NCBI GenBank assembly: GCA_963796965.1
Contig: CAWCNS010000005.1
Span: 288,001 to 352,000, forward strand
DNA length: 64,000 nt
Reading direction: 5' to 3'
DNA from: Calditrichia bacterium
GTDB taxonomy: Bacteria; Calditrichota; Calditrichia; JAJRVZ01
The notes below the pieces were generated by a model. That model searched no databases and had not been told where the DNA came from. It worked only from the letters and a program-made list of their open reading frames with translations. Positions 31,800-42,433 of the stretch are shown here, in pieces. The position numbers and the translations under genes were made by a program. Positions within the stretch are counted from its first letter, which is position 1, and every line of letters starts with the position of its first letter.

Positions 31800-33924
31800 T
31801 CCGGGTAGAAGCGGCGGTTGCCCAGCCGCTCCCCCCACAGATCCGTACGTGAAGATTTCCCTCATACGGTTCCTCAGACATAACTTTGCTACCCACATTA
31901 GAATTCTTCAAACATCAAAATGAACAATTTGCGGCAACAGCAATGGGTACTTCTCCAGCATCTTCTCAAATTTAGCATAAGAAATATAACCATCCTGTGA
32001 GCGTCTACCAAGCCATCTTTTCCATGCCTTCATCAGATATTCATAGTATACTTCAAGGGACTTGTAGTTGCTGCGTACACCATAGTATTGATAGTGTCCT
32101 CTTAACTTTGAGTTAAGAAGTTCCCACTGTTCCTTGATATTAATATGGCGATTATTCCGGCACCACTTCCATATAGCTTTCATGGAACGATTTAATTTCT
32201 TCTTTGCTGTTTTGCGTTTCACTATCCAATATCCATTTCGCGATTTTGCCCAGTAATGCGTGAATCCAAGAAAGTCAAAAGTACCTGCACCTTTGGAGGT
32301 ATCATTTCCTGATGATGGCTTTCTGAAATCGATTAGTTTTGTCTTCTCTGTGTGAATCGTAAGACCGTAACGGTTGAACCGATTCGGCAGTACTTTCATT
32401 ACGCGACTGGCATCTTCTTCTGTATCAAAGCCAATAATAAAGTCATCAGCATAACGAATAAGAAAACATCTGCCCGTTAAACGTGGCTTGATCATTTCTT
32501 CGAACCATTCATCCAAAACATAATGCAGATAGATATTGGCCAACAAGGGCGATATTACACCACCCTGCGGTGTACCTGTATCCGGATACGATAATTCTTT
32601 TCCGTCAAGCACACCAGCGTTGAGCCATTTTCCTATCAGGCGGATTATTCTGCCGTCGTTGACTCGCGCTTGGATAAATTCACGTAAATGTTCATGGTTA
32701 ATATTGTCGAAAAATCCTTTAATGTCTGCATCGATAATCCAGCCTATATTTAGTCTACGGATATTTCCCCGAATCTCTTTGATGGCCTGATGCTGGCTGT
32801 GACCTTTTCTGAATCCATGTGAGTGATCATAGAAATCATGTTCATAGATGTGAGAAAGTATCATCTCTGCCGCTTTCTGGACAATCTTGTCTTCAAATTC
32901 AGGAATACCTAATGGACGTTTCTTTCCATCATCCTTATCGATCCATTGTCGTTTTACAGGCGGCGCTTTATAGCGCATTACCTTTAATTGTTCATGCAGG
33001 AGGATAAGGTTTTCTTCGAGATGCTCCGCATAATCTTGCGCCGTTTGCCCGGATACACCGGGAACTGCATCCTTACGTAAATGTGCGTGTGCTTCTCTCA
33101 GCAGATTAATGTCAATTAGATGGAATATCGCCGTAAACTGAAATGTTGGATCGCTCTTTGCAAGTTCCGCAATTCGCTTCAGTTTCGGTGATATGGTTGG
33201 TAATCCCTGCGTATTTCCCATAGTTCCCCAAAGTGAAACGTTATGCCCGGCTTCTCCTTCGCTACAGTGGATCGTTTGGGTCTCACTTCTCCACCTTATC
33301 AATCCGGAGATATGATTCCAGACCGTCGCTACTATGATCCGCTAAGACTGCCATAAGCCCATTTCTGGTCGCTTCGCTTTCGCTATTGCTTCCAGATACC
33401 TTGCAGACTCTTTCCTTTGTATTTCCAATATTGGACTCAACACCACGGATTAGAGTCAACCATGGTGTGCCGGGGTTTTACCTTAGATGGAAGGATTCCC
33501 TTTACCTTGTTCCTTTTAAAGGAGACAGATGGCTCTCTCAAGTTCCCGGATTATCCCTTTGAAAATATGCCCCGCTCGTGATTACAGACCCCGGTGGTGT
33601 CTTATAAACTCACCATATCATCTATAAGACTGCTGCCTTCTGTGCTGCTCAAAGCCGTCGGCTTTCTCCGCCAGATGGCGGGTTATCCTAATGACCACAA
33701 CTATACATATTTCGGGGCTCGGTGACGCGGCCTACTTTCTTGATTCCTCCAGCTTCGTACCTCCATTACTGGTTTTGCACGTGGAGTTCACTATTACCCT
33801 GCTGGTTAGGCTTTGGGTAAGTGGGACTTGCACCGGATATGATCAGCACGCACCCACTGGATAATAATGTCGAATTTCATCCCGTTTACGGAAATCCCAA
33901 CGACCCGGATTTATCTTGACACGA
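31800..33924 (-). mobile_element. group II intron (boundaries +/-1 nt)
   Basis: 5' TCGTGTCAAG; domain V GAGGAACCGTATGAGGGAAATCTTCACGTACGGATCTG; domain VI GGGGGAGCGGC...GCCGCTTCTACCCGG; encodes RT. Confidence 0.9.
31908..33221 (-). CDS. ltrA: group II intron reverse transcriptase/maturase (no endonuclease domain)
   Basis: RPLGIPEFEDKIVQ, DADIKGFFDNINH, GTPQGGVISPLLANIYLH, RYADD, FDFLGF, LRGHYQYY. Confidence 0.93.
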   Translation of the reverse strand: MGNTQGLPTISPKLKRIAELAKSDPTFQFTAIFHLIDINLLREAHAHLRKDAVPGVSGQTAQDYAEHLEENLILLHEQLKVMRYKAPPVKRQWIDKDDGKKRPLGIPEFEDKIVQKAAEMILSHIYEHDFYDHSHGFRKGHSQHQAIKEIRGNIRRLNIGWIIDADIKGFFDNINHEHLREFIQARVNDGRIIRLIGKWLNAGVLDGKELSYPDTGTPQGGVISPLLANIYLHYVLDEWFEEMIKPRLTGRCFLIRYADDFIIGFDTEEDASRVMKVLPNRFNRYGLTIHTEKTKLIDFRKPSSGNDTSKGAGTFDFLGFTHYWAKSRNGYWIVKRKTAKKKLNRSMKAIWKWCRNNRHINIKEQWELLNSKLRGHYQYYGVRSNYKSLEVYYEYLMKAWKRWLGRRSQDGYISYAKFEKMLEKYPLLLPQIVHFDV

Positions 33925-34245
33925 TGAGCAGATTGTTAGACGATGTTGTGACATTACAAAACTATGTTTAATCGCCAATGTATCCTGAATGATTAGAACT
34001 TGCTTGAAAACTCATCCATGTGAGCGGCTTGCTTGGTATGACTTATCGATTCAAGGAGCAATTGAATGTGTTATGAAGAAACATTCATAATAACGCGCCT
34101 GACTATTCGATTAGCAGCCCCATCACATAGAAAAATATTTCTGACTTAGTCCCCTCATCTGGCAAAATTGGACAATAGGGAATTTTTAAACTATGTAAAT
34201 CTCTTACCTGAAATAATCTAAAAAACAAACTATAGCGAACATGGC

Positions 34246-34264
34246 GACTAACTATTTATTAAGC
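34246..34264 (-). other. candidate attI-like simple site heading the array
   Basis: minus strand GCTTAAT-AAATA-GTTAGTC (7-5-7 spacing) in AT-rich DNA, no attC hairpin. Confidence 0.4.
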
Positions 34265-34632
34265 ATAATGCTTACATTTATATTTTTTAAATAATTCTAT
34301 TTAATACCTATGTGATATATTTCCTATAATATAGTAAACCTATGACTTACCATTTGTCTAATATCAGGAACCATTCATGGTGTACAAAATTTCATGGATT
34401 GATTATTTGTACTAGGAATATAGCGCAAAAATGCAAATAAGTGCTAGATTTGCTATGATAAATGTGGAAAATATGAAAAATAACAGTATTAGATTTTAAC
34501 ATTTATCCATATTTGCATTCTGCACAGATTCTACCTTTGCTATGTAAATTCCTTCTTTTTTATTAATCTTGTTCTCGAGTAAATAATAGTTAATTGGCAT
34601 TTTGATAATCCCAATTCTTGAGACAAAAGGCC

Positions 34633-35046
34633 TGGCAAAAATATGCATGGCCATCCAACACCCATTAAACTATGCTGTTTCCCCAAGCCCTCAAGACTCA
34701 ATCAGGGTTTACTACCGTCATATAAAGAGAATATATCGTTACCGCCGTCTACTTTGTAGTCCTTACCTGAATGAATCAGCGTTCCTTACGGTAATGGCTA
34801 AGCCATCCTTACGAATTATAGCAGGTGTTCGTTATTCCCGTAACCCTGCAGCCGTGATTCTCGTAACACCTTACCCGATACCAGGGTAACGGCTTGACCA
34901 TCATTGGCGTAAGGGCCTGGTCCTTACGAAGACAATGTTCTCCGGCTTAACAACTAAATGACCGGCGCCTTACCAGAATGATGAGAGCATCCATACGGAC
35001 TAATTGATCTCTCTAATGTTACCATATGCAACTCTCAAACATGCCA
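34633..35046 (-). ncRNA. candidate structured RNA of unknown family with repeated GUAAGG motifs
   Basis: GC-rich island in AT-rich DNA; many short hairpins; ends pair (TGGCA/TGCCA, TGCAT/ATGCA); six CCTTAC on + strand. Confidence 0.5.
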
Positions 35047-35139
35047 GTAAAAACCTCACCATGCATGGTTAAGAAACACAACTGCAGATTAGAATGAAAT
35101 ATTTAAGATTCTTCTCAAGTCACAACTGCAAATTATCCT

Positions 35140-35276
35140 TACTTCTTATAAATCATCTTTAAAAATACAGGTAATCCGTGAAAATGATCGATATGATCAG
35201 GAGCAGTATTCCCGGTGAAACCAAGGATACTGAGGCCATTTATTTTTGTCTCACTCATCATCTGCATACCTACCGG
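35140..35276 (-). pseudogene. 3'-terminal fragment paralogous to the lipoprotein gene at 40732-41655
   Basis: near-identical to 40732-40869 including the stop region. Confidence 0.85.
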
Positions 35277-35677
35277 CTTCAAAAATTATTTATTGGCCAT
35301 TATATTTTTTCTATTGAAAGAAGTTTTATCAAATTAGAGCATTGTCGATGAATTAGTCTCTTCATATGGTTTTTTAAAACAACTTTATCGGGGCCACCTG
35401 TCATTAAAATTAGGAATTTTTGGGAATTTAGGATGAGGGTCTAATTGATACCAAGAAGCAAAGGAGCAAATCTTTTAGGTCTCCAACTTCACTCTCCATA
35501 TTTTCTTCAAAATAGTGCTTGATCGATTCGATTAGCTGGACTTTTTTATCCTGGGGTAATATTATACTCATGCGAATTCCTTGTTTTATTTACACATAAA
35601 TATTGTTAAGAAAAAATTGATAGGCATTTAAACGATTGTAAAACAGTATACATCGATTTTTTTAATCATCAACATTC

Positions 35678-35830
35678 CTAGAACAATGTATATATAAATG
35701 GCGCTATAGCTGAACCTTGTGCTAGTACAATCAACATACCCATTAGAAGCAAAATAAGAATGATTGGTGCTAACCAATATTTCTTACGTGCTTTCAGAAA
35801 ACCCCATAAATCTTTCATTAATTCTATCAT
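35678..35830 (-). CDS. DUF5989/SxtK-like small membrane protein (50 aa, absent from ORF track)
   Basis: MIELMKDLWGFLKARKKYWLAPIILILLLMGMLIVLAQGSAIAPFIYTLF. Confidence 0.85.
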   Translation of the reverse strand: MIELMKDLWGFLKARKKYWLAPIILILLLMGMLIVLAQGSAIAPFIYTLF

Positions 35831-36234
35831 TAATACACCTTTTCCATATGATCTTTAGATTGTTTATTACTCTCTTCCCAATAAGAAGTGAGTGATTTAT
35901 CACCAAACTGTCTATTCATTGGATCTTTGCCTAACACTTTAAATATTAATGCTACTGGAGTAAAGACAAAGAAAAAGACAATGCTAAGAATAATTATTGT
36001 ATTAATAGTCCCGACAATATGACCAATCATCATCCATTGTTTGTGGATCACAGCCAATTTCATTGGCACCAGTAAAGCCAAGAGAAGAAAAATCCCAGAA
36101 ACAATCCAAGGCCAATAGGGTATGCTTGTGCTAAAAATAAATGGAAAAAATAAGCCAAATAATAGCGCAATAAAAATTGCCATGATAAGACCAAATTTTC
36201 GGTAACCCGCTTTATCTAAAGTATCAACTTTCAT
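35830..36234 (-). CDS. SxtJ family membrane protein
   Basis: RKFGL, WMMIGHIVGTINTIIILSIVFFFVFTP, KDPMNR, SYW. Confidence 0.82.
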   Translation of the reverse strand: MKVDTLDKAGYRKFGLIMAIFIALLFGLFFPFIFSTSIPYWPWIVSGIFLLLALLVPMKLAVIHKQWMMIGHIVGTINTIIILSIVFFFVFTPVALIFKVLGKDPMNRQFGDKSLTSYWEESNKQSKDHMEKVY

Positions 36235-36246
36235 TTTAATTTCCTG

Positions 36247-38095
36247 TTAATCTAGTTCAAATTCATCCTTCCACGAATCATCCTGTTTGCGTTTTGGCTG
36301 ATCAACTTTAGCCAATACAACATTTTCAAGGACTAAATAATCCATTTCTGTACGCATAAAGCACCGATAGGCATCTTCAGGGGTACATACAATTGGCTCT
36401 CCACGCACATTGAAAGAGGTGTTAATGAGCACTGGACAGCCCGTAATCTTCTCAAAATGATCCAGTAGGTTCCAATATCTGTAATTCGTTTCCTTGTGTA
36501 CAGTCTGCACTCGTGCAGAGTAGTCTACATGGGTAATTGCAGGGATTTGAGAGCGTGGAATTTTTAGTTTTTCAATACCAAATAGTTGTTTCTGCCCTTC
36601 ATTCATTGGAATCTGTTTGTCTTTTCTAACTTGTGCAACTAATAACATATAGGGACTAATTCCTTTAATATCAAACCAATCAGAAACACATTCTGCTTTG
36701 ACGGAGGGTGCAAATGGTCTAAATGATTCACGATATTTAATCTTCAGATTCATGGTTGATTGCATAGTTAAACTGCGTGGGTCACCAAGAATTGACCGTC
36801 CACCTAATGCGCGTGGGCCAAACTCCATTGCACCCTGAAACCAGCCAACTACTTTCTCATTGTTAAGGACACCAGCCACTTTAGGATATAATTCGGCATC
36901 AGCAAGTATATTATACTTTGCATTAACAGAGTCTAAATAGGTAGTAATTTCGGATTCATAATATGAAGGCCCAAGATATGAGCCGCGAGTTGAATCTGTT
37001 TTATCATCAGCGTTACGTTCATTATCAAGATACTCATGCCAAATTGAAAGTGCTGCACCAATTGCACCGCCTGCATCACCAGCCGCTGGCTGAATCCAGA
37101 TATCATCAAACATTCCTTCACGTAGTAATTTGCCATTAGCGACACAATTGAGTGCTACACCACCCGCTAGGCAAAGATAATTTGCGTCAAGTTTCTCTTT
37201 AATAGTCATACCAATGCGCATTATCACTTCTTCAATTACAACTTGTATTGAACGTGCAATATCCATTTCTCTTTGAGTGATTTCAGATTCGCCCTCTCTG
37301 CGTGGTGCGCCAAATAATTTGTCAAACTTTGCATTGGTCATCGTTAAACCAGTGGCGTAGTTAAAGTACTTCATATTTAGACGAAAACTACCATCCGGTT
37401 TAGCATCAATCAGGCTGACTGTAAATAAGGTCGACATACTTAGGTTCCCCATAAGGAGCCAGCCCCATAAGCTTATATTCGCCTGAATTTACTCTGAAGC
37501 CGGTATAATAAGTAAAAGCAGAATATAGCAGACCTAAAGAGTGAGGGAAATCAATTTCCCAACAAGGATCTATATTATTACCCTCCCCTCGCCAAACCGT
37601 GATCGTTGCCCATTCACCCACACCATCAATGCACAAAATGGCCGCTTTTTTATAGGGTGATGGGAAAAAGGCAGAGGCTGCATGTGACTGGTGATGCTCC
37701 GTAAACATGAGCTGTGGTAATTTTTTCTTCTCTAATCCAGATAACGCAGATAACTCTCGCTTTAGGGTTTCCTTTAAAAATAACTTTTCTTTCAACCATA
37801 TGGGCATTGCCATAAGAAAAGAACGTAATCCACGGGGTGCATAAGCAATGTATGTCTCTAGTAATCTTTCAAATTTAACGAAAGGTTTGTCATAAAATAC
37901 CACATAATCAATATCGGCTAAACAAAGATCCGCTTTTTTTAAGACAAATTGAATTGCATTTTTAGGAAATGATAGATCATGCTTTTTACGGGTAAAACGC
38001 TCCTCTTGAGCAGCAGCCACAATCTTACCATCAACGACCAAAGCGGCTGCACTATCATGATAATATGATGAAATGCCAATTATTTTTATACTCAC
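36247..38095 (-). CDS. carbamoyltransferase (NodU/CmcH/SxtI family), frameshift near 37410
   Basis: YHDSAAAL, AQEERFTRKKH, EHHQSHAASAF, GEYKLMGLAPYG, AGGVALNCVAN, EFGPRALGGRS, NTSFNVRGEP. Confidence 0.93.
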
Positions 38096-38274
38096 ATGTA
38101 CTTCTCGTTTATACGCTGGGATTTACCTGGCTAACGACACTACAGACATCCCAGCACATAGGCGAGTCCTTTTAAGCAGATTATTAAACCAACGATGTTA
38201 TTTTAAAAATAATGTACTATCAGATTTATAGATTTTCATAATGGTTCTCTTTTTTGTCTTGATTCTTTTTTTGA

Positions 38275-40192
38275 CTATCGGCCCAAAGCCTTACGCGCAC
38301 GTGCGAGATTTGATGCAGCGTCATTGTTATTAGGATCTAGTTGTAAAGCCTTAGCAAAATTCTCATAAGCAGCGCTGAGATTTCCCCTCTCGGCAAGTAT
38401 AATGCCGAGGTTATTGTACGTTTCAGCATGGTTAGGATTATGCTCCAGGGCAACCCTATAGGCAGCTTCCGCCTGCTTCATCTTGCCGAGAGTTTGAAGC
38501 ACAATACCTAAGTCGTAATGTACATCATCCAGATTTGGATCCAGACGGATGGCTGTCTCAAGTTCCACTTTAGCTTCGACCGTACGGCTGAGCTTGGATA
38601 ATAGCACACCATAGGTGTGATGTGTACTTGCATTCCATGGATTGAGGCGTACCGCTTCCTGATAATGGACTAATGCAGCTTCTATATTACCTGATTGCAT
38701 CAGTAGGGCCCCTTTTTGCCCATGGGCTTCACTATCCTCAGGAATAATGTCTACGGCAAGGTTAACCAGACGCTCAGACTTCATCTTCTTTGCCCGCCCA
38801 CGATAACACTTTAGACAGATTTCTGAGCGCCACAGCATGCTCTTTCTCATCAAGACTGTTCACCAGATTTTCACTGATTTCGGCAATCAAAGACTCATTC
38901 CATGTCGCAACCGGGGAGACCATTCCTTCCTGCGTCATTTCCTCGACGATGGCTAATGCGAGTAATCGGTTACCCTCGATTGTTGGATGTACGTGATCCA
39001 AAAACAACTCCGATCCAGGGATGCCGTTAGCCGAGTGTTCGTTCACCATTCGATCAAAATCGATAAATCCCGTGTTTTTAATTTGTGCAACATCGGATAC
39101 GATCTTGCTGAAAGGTGTTAAGGCCCGCAATGGACAAATATCCTCATCTCTGGCTTGTATGAATGCACTTCGCGCTTCATCTATGCGATCGAGAGCGAGG
39201 AGAGCCCGCGCATAGAGGTATAGTAAGTCGGCATCGCGACCATCTAGAGCTAGTGCTTCTTTGGCGACTTTCACCGCACGGACGTAGTCTTCTTCGTCTA
39301 TGGCTGCCTTCACCAAACCCTTGAGCATATCAACCCGCTTTACATCAACATCATTCAACATGGGACTGGGTTCGGTTTTGAATGGTGAGAAGTCTCGAAT
39401 GTTGGATGCGGGCGTTACTAGAATCATCTTCGCTCCAGCACGTTCTCCGATGTTCGTCATACGGAGCAAGCTAGTCTCGTAGTCATCGAGTATGGCATCA
39501 CGCATCTCATCATCCCTGTGATAATCTTCAGGTCCGACAGAGTTGTCGAGCAATGGCTTAACCTCTGTGGTAAGGACTGCGTCACGCTTGTAGGTGATAT
39601 CGTAAAGCACACTGTACAACCTCATATGTGACGCCAATACACCAAGGCTACGAACGAACTCAGGTACTTTCAGAACCTTGTTGTACGTCCTTGATTCGAG
39701 GAACTCGTTATGCCCTGAATAAACAATAAATAGATCTGGTTCATATTCTGCCAGTTCTTCCATAAGTCTGGCTACACGGTAACTCGCATAGCTGATACCT
39801 CCTGCGTTAATGACCTCCCAGCGACGACTGGGATCGACCGCCGGAAGAAATTGGCGCAGCCAGCCGCAAAACGATGTTAGGTCATTGTATGGGCGTCCAT
39901 AGGTTGTAGATCCACCCATACAGAAGATGCGGGTAGTGCCTTTAGCCTTAGGTGCCGGAAAGGTCTGCGGGTTAAACCAACGGAACTTGTTGTGTGCGGT
40001 CCTAAAGATTTGCTCTCCATTAGGTTCAGTGTGATTGGTAAACAGCGGTGCGTATCCGGAGAAGCCAACAGAAGGATCAGTGCGCTCGTAAAGCGGCACT
40101 ACTCCGGATGCCATAAGAATCAACTCAACCAGGATGAAGAATACTATAGCGACGCCAAAGCCCATTATGTACTTCTTTACGATAGCGACCAT
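38275..40192 (-). CDS. SGNH/GDSL-like hydrolase with TPR repeats (frameshift near 38775)
   Basis: GGSTTYG, INAGGISYAS, YSGHNE, DHVHP; C-terminal TPRs. Confidence 0.85.
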
Positions 40193-40731
40193 AATGAATA
40201 TCCTCTCTTCATCAAGATACATGTGTTCGAAACAGCCCATGAACTTTTGGACATTTTGGATGCTTTTTCACATTCAAATTGTATGAAATATTGATACATT
40301 GCCCTCACCTCTTTTTCTCCGATAGAATGAAATATATGCAAAGTGATGTCTCATGCAATTTTTTTAAATTTTGGACAATATAATTTTTCTTACTCTCTAA
40401 AAATTATGAACTGCAAAAATTACAGAGGATGATTCACATCAAATTTAAAAATGATATTACACAATTTTCATCCACTGTGGAATTCTTCTTGCGAACAGCA
40501 TTCAGAATAATTTAAAAAATAATAAGTATAGAAAAACTAGTGTTTAAATCCACACTGAAAGAACATTATTATATTCAAACTTAGTCGTGTAGATTTAACA
40601 CACATAACTATAGGTTAAGTGGTATGTTTACATACATACCTATTAAATATTTACATAAAATATCGATATGATTTATTTCCAGTACTGATGTTTTTCAAAA
40701 ATCATATCCCCTTATTTAGGGTAAAATATCC

Positions 40732-41655
40732 CTATTTCTTAGAGACCATTTTTAAAAATACAGGTAATCCATGAAAATGATCGATATGATCAGGAGCACT
40801 ATTCCCCGCAAAACCAAGGATACTGAGGCCATTTATGCTCGTCTCACTTATCATCTGCATACCTACTGGTCCCCATTTTAACACAGGTTCTCTCTTTAAA
40901 TTTAATGCATTAATAATAAAATCAGCGGTTTCGGTAGTGCTGGCATAGGTGCCTGGAAATATCTCTGAATGGGTCATCAGAAATCGTTTTTCATCTTTCA
41001 TGGCTAAACGGGCGAATTCTACAAATCCATTTAGCTTTTCCGTATTTAGTTTGCCGCCTTGCGACAAGACACGACCAGATGGGATATAATCCGTATGCAG
41101 ACCATCAAGTAGTACTATGCCATCCAGGATTGATTGATGATTTCTTAAGATGGCCCTTACGGCCCCATACCCTGCGCTGAAGGAACTTAAAAAAACCCGC
41201 GAAGCATTCACATCTATCGATTTTCTTGCAGAGACTGAATCAAGAATCACCTCAATTAATTGAGGAAATAGGGCCTCATTTAAAAATGGCTTTTCATAAA
41301 CCGAAGAACCAGAGCCCAAATTGACAACGGCGAGAATACTATTCTGTTTTGAATGATAGGCCGCATACTTAGGAACATAACTTACGCCATGAAAATGGAA
41401 AAACAGAACAACAGGTCTCTGATCATTCCATTGATTTGAAAAATAGATTTCAACCGGTTTGGATAAAATAGTGTTTATAAGAAATGAACTGCCTGGAATC
41501 GTATCTGCTTCTAAACGTTCGTGGGCACGAATGGACTCTACCATTGGCGATGGAAATTGATTCATCCCTGGTTGTTCCTGTTTCTCTGATACACACCCAG
41601 AGAATAAAAGAAACCATGGGATAAAAACCACATATATATGATAGTAAAAAGTCAT
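40732..41655 (-). CDS. lipoprotein with alpha/beta-hydrolase-like fold
   Basis: lipobox FSGC; FHFHG, SFSAGYG, LLDGLH. Confidence 0.7.
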   Translation of the reverse strand: MTFYYHIYVVFIPWFLLFSGCVSEKQEQPGMNQFPSPMVESIRAHERLEADTIPGSSFLINTILSKPVEIYFSNQWNDQRPVVLFFHFHGVSYVPKYAAYHSKQNSILAVVNLGSGSSVYEKPFLNEALFPQLIEVILDSVSARKSIDVNASRVFLSSFSAGYGAVRAILRNHQSILDGIVLLDGLHTDYIPSGRVLSQGGKLNTEKLNGFVEFARLAMKDEKRFLMTHSEIFPGTYASTTETADFIINALNLKREPVLKWGPVGMQMISETSINGLSILGFAGNSAPDHIDHFHGLPVFLKMVSKK

Positions 41656-41678
41656 ATTGATATTAAAAGATTTTGCCC

Positions 41679-41705
41679 TGCCACAGACTGTGATAGTCTG
41701 TGGCA
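41679..41705. repeat. 11-bp inverted repeat hairpin
   Basis: TGCCACAGACT-GTGAT-AGTCTGTGGCA. Confidence 0.7.
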
Positions 41706-41751
41706 AATTATAAAAATATAGGCCATGGCAAGTTTGATATATCCGCCTGAT

Positions 41752-42433
41752 TTATAGATCAGGCATGGCTTCACCCGGGGGTAGTTGGACAAGCATAACA
41801 GTCCGTCCGGGTTCAGATTCTACAACGATCTGCCCCCGGTGTGTTTTTACTATCCGTTGGGCAATATCCAACCCTAACCCTGTACCCTCACCCACACCCT
41901 TGGTTGTAAAAAATGGGTCGAAGATAGAAGGGCGGATGCCTTCCGGAATCCCCTTACCGCTATCAATGACTCTGACATCGATAGCCAACTCAGTACTGCT
42001 GATTTCAATTCCCAGTTTTCCGCCGTTATCCATAGCATCGATGGCATTGTCGATCAGACACGTCCAGTTCCTCACTAACACCCAGCATCTCTATAAAGTT
42101 TTTTTTATGGAGACGTAATACCTTGCTAGGCTCGGCGGCAATGGCATGACCGGGATAATGTGTCATTCGGGAAAAAGGCAGCATGCCAGTCACCTGACCG
42201 GGCGCCGTTGTGGCTACTACCAGCCATTGCCCGCCAATCTCCGAGTATCGGTGAACCAGACCATTAACCACTATATACATATAATCAGCCGGTTTACCAG
42301 AGGTAAACATATGGTCCCGTTCCAGAAGATCCAGGCGCTCACCATGATCAATTAGCCAGACAAAGACCTCTTCAGAAAGGTTCTGCAGTATTTCCAGGGA
42401 GTTTATCTCCTGGAGATTAAATTTCATTTTCAT
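41752..42433 (-). pseudogene. cNMP-binding sensor histidine kinase with internal deletion
   Basis: cNMP domain joined out of frame to HATPase_c (LIDNAIDAM, DSGKGI, FFTTK, GTGLGL); HisKA region absent. Confidence 0.75.

Larger units (their letters stand above)
31727..33941 (-). other. attC site 3 interrupted by group II intron
   Basis: rejoined minus strand GTCTAAC-AATC-TGCT(C)AACAGG(A)CGC ... GCGCCTGTTAGCA-GTGGCC-GTTAGAA. Confidence 0.85.

Noticed and set aside
31908..33302. Retron, DGR or defence RT
   Set aside because: RT has a maturase domain and lies inside clear group II intron domains V and VI
33645..33651. UGAGCAG in intron domain I as EBS1 pairing with exon CTGCTCA
   Set aside because: 7/7 complementary, but it overlaps a CAGCAC that more likely forms alpha-alpha' with GUGCUG; cannot be assigned without folding
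34631..34648. Sigma54 promoters at 34631, 45590 and 45631
   Set aside because: GG-to-GC spacing is 9 nt rather than the required 10
34602..34889. 95-aa ORF as a real gene
   Set aside because: TTG start, no RBS or recognisable domain; region is better explained as structured RNA
35678..38095. Saxitoxin biosynthesis cluster
   Set aside because: Only the widespread sxtI/J/K-like trio is present; no core sxt genes
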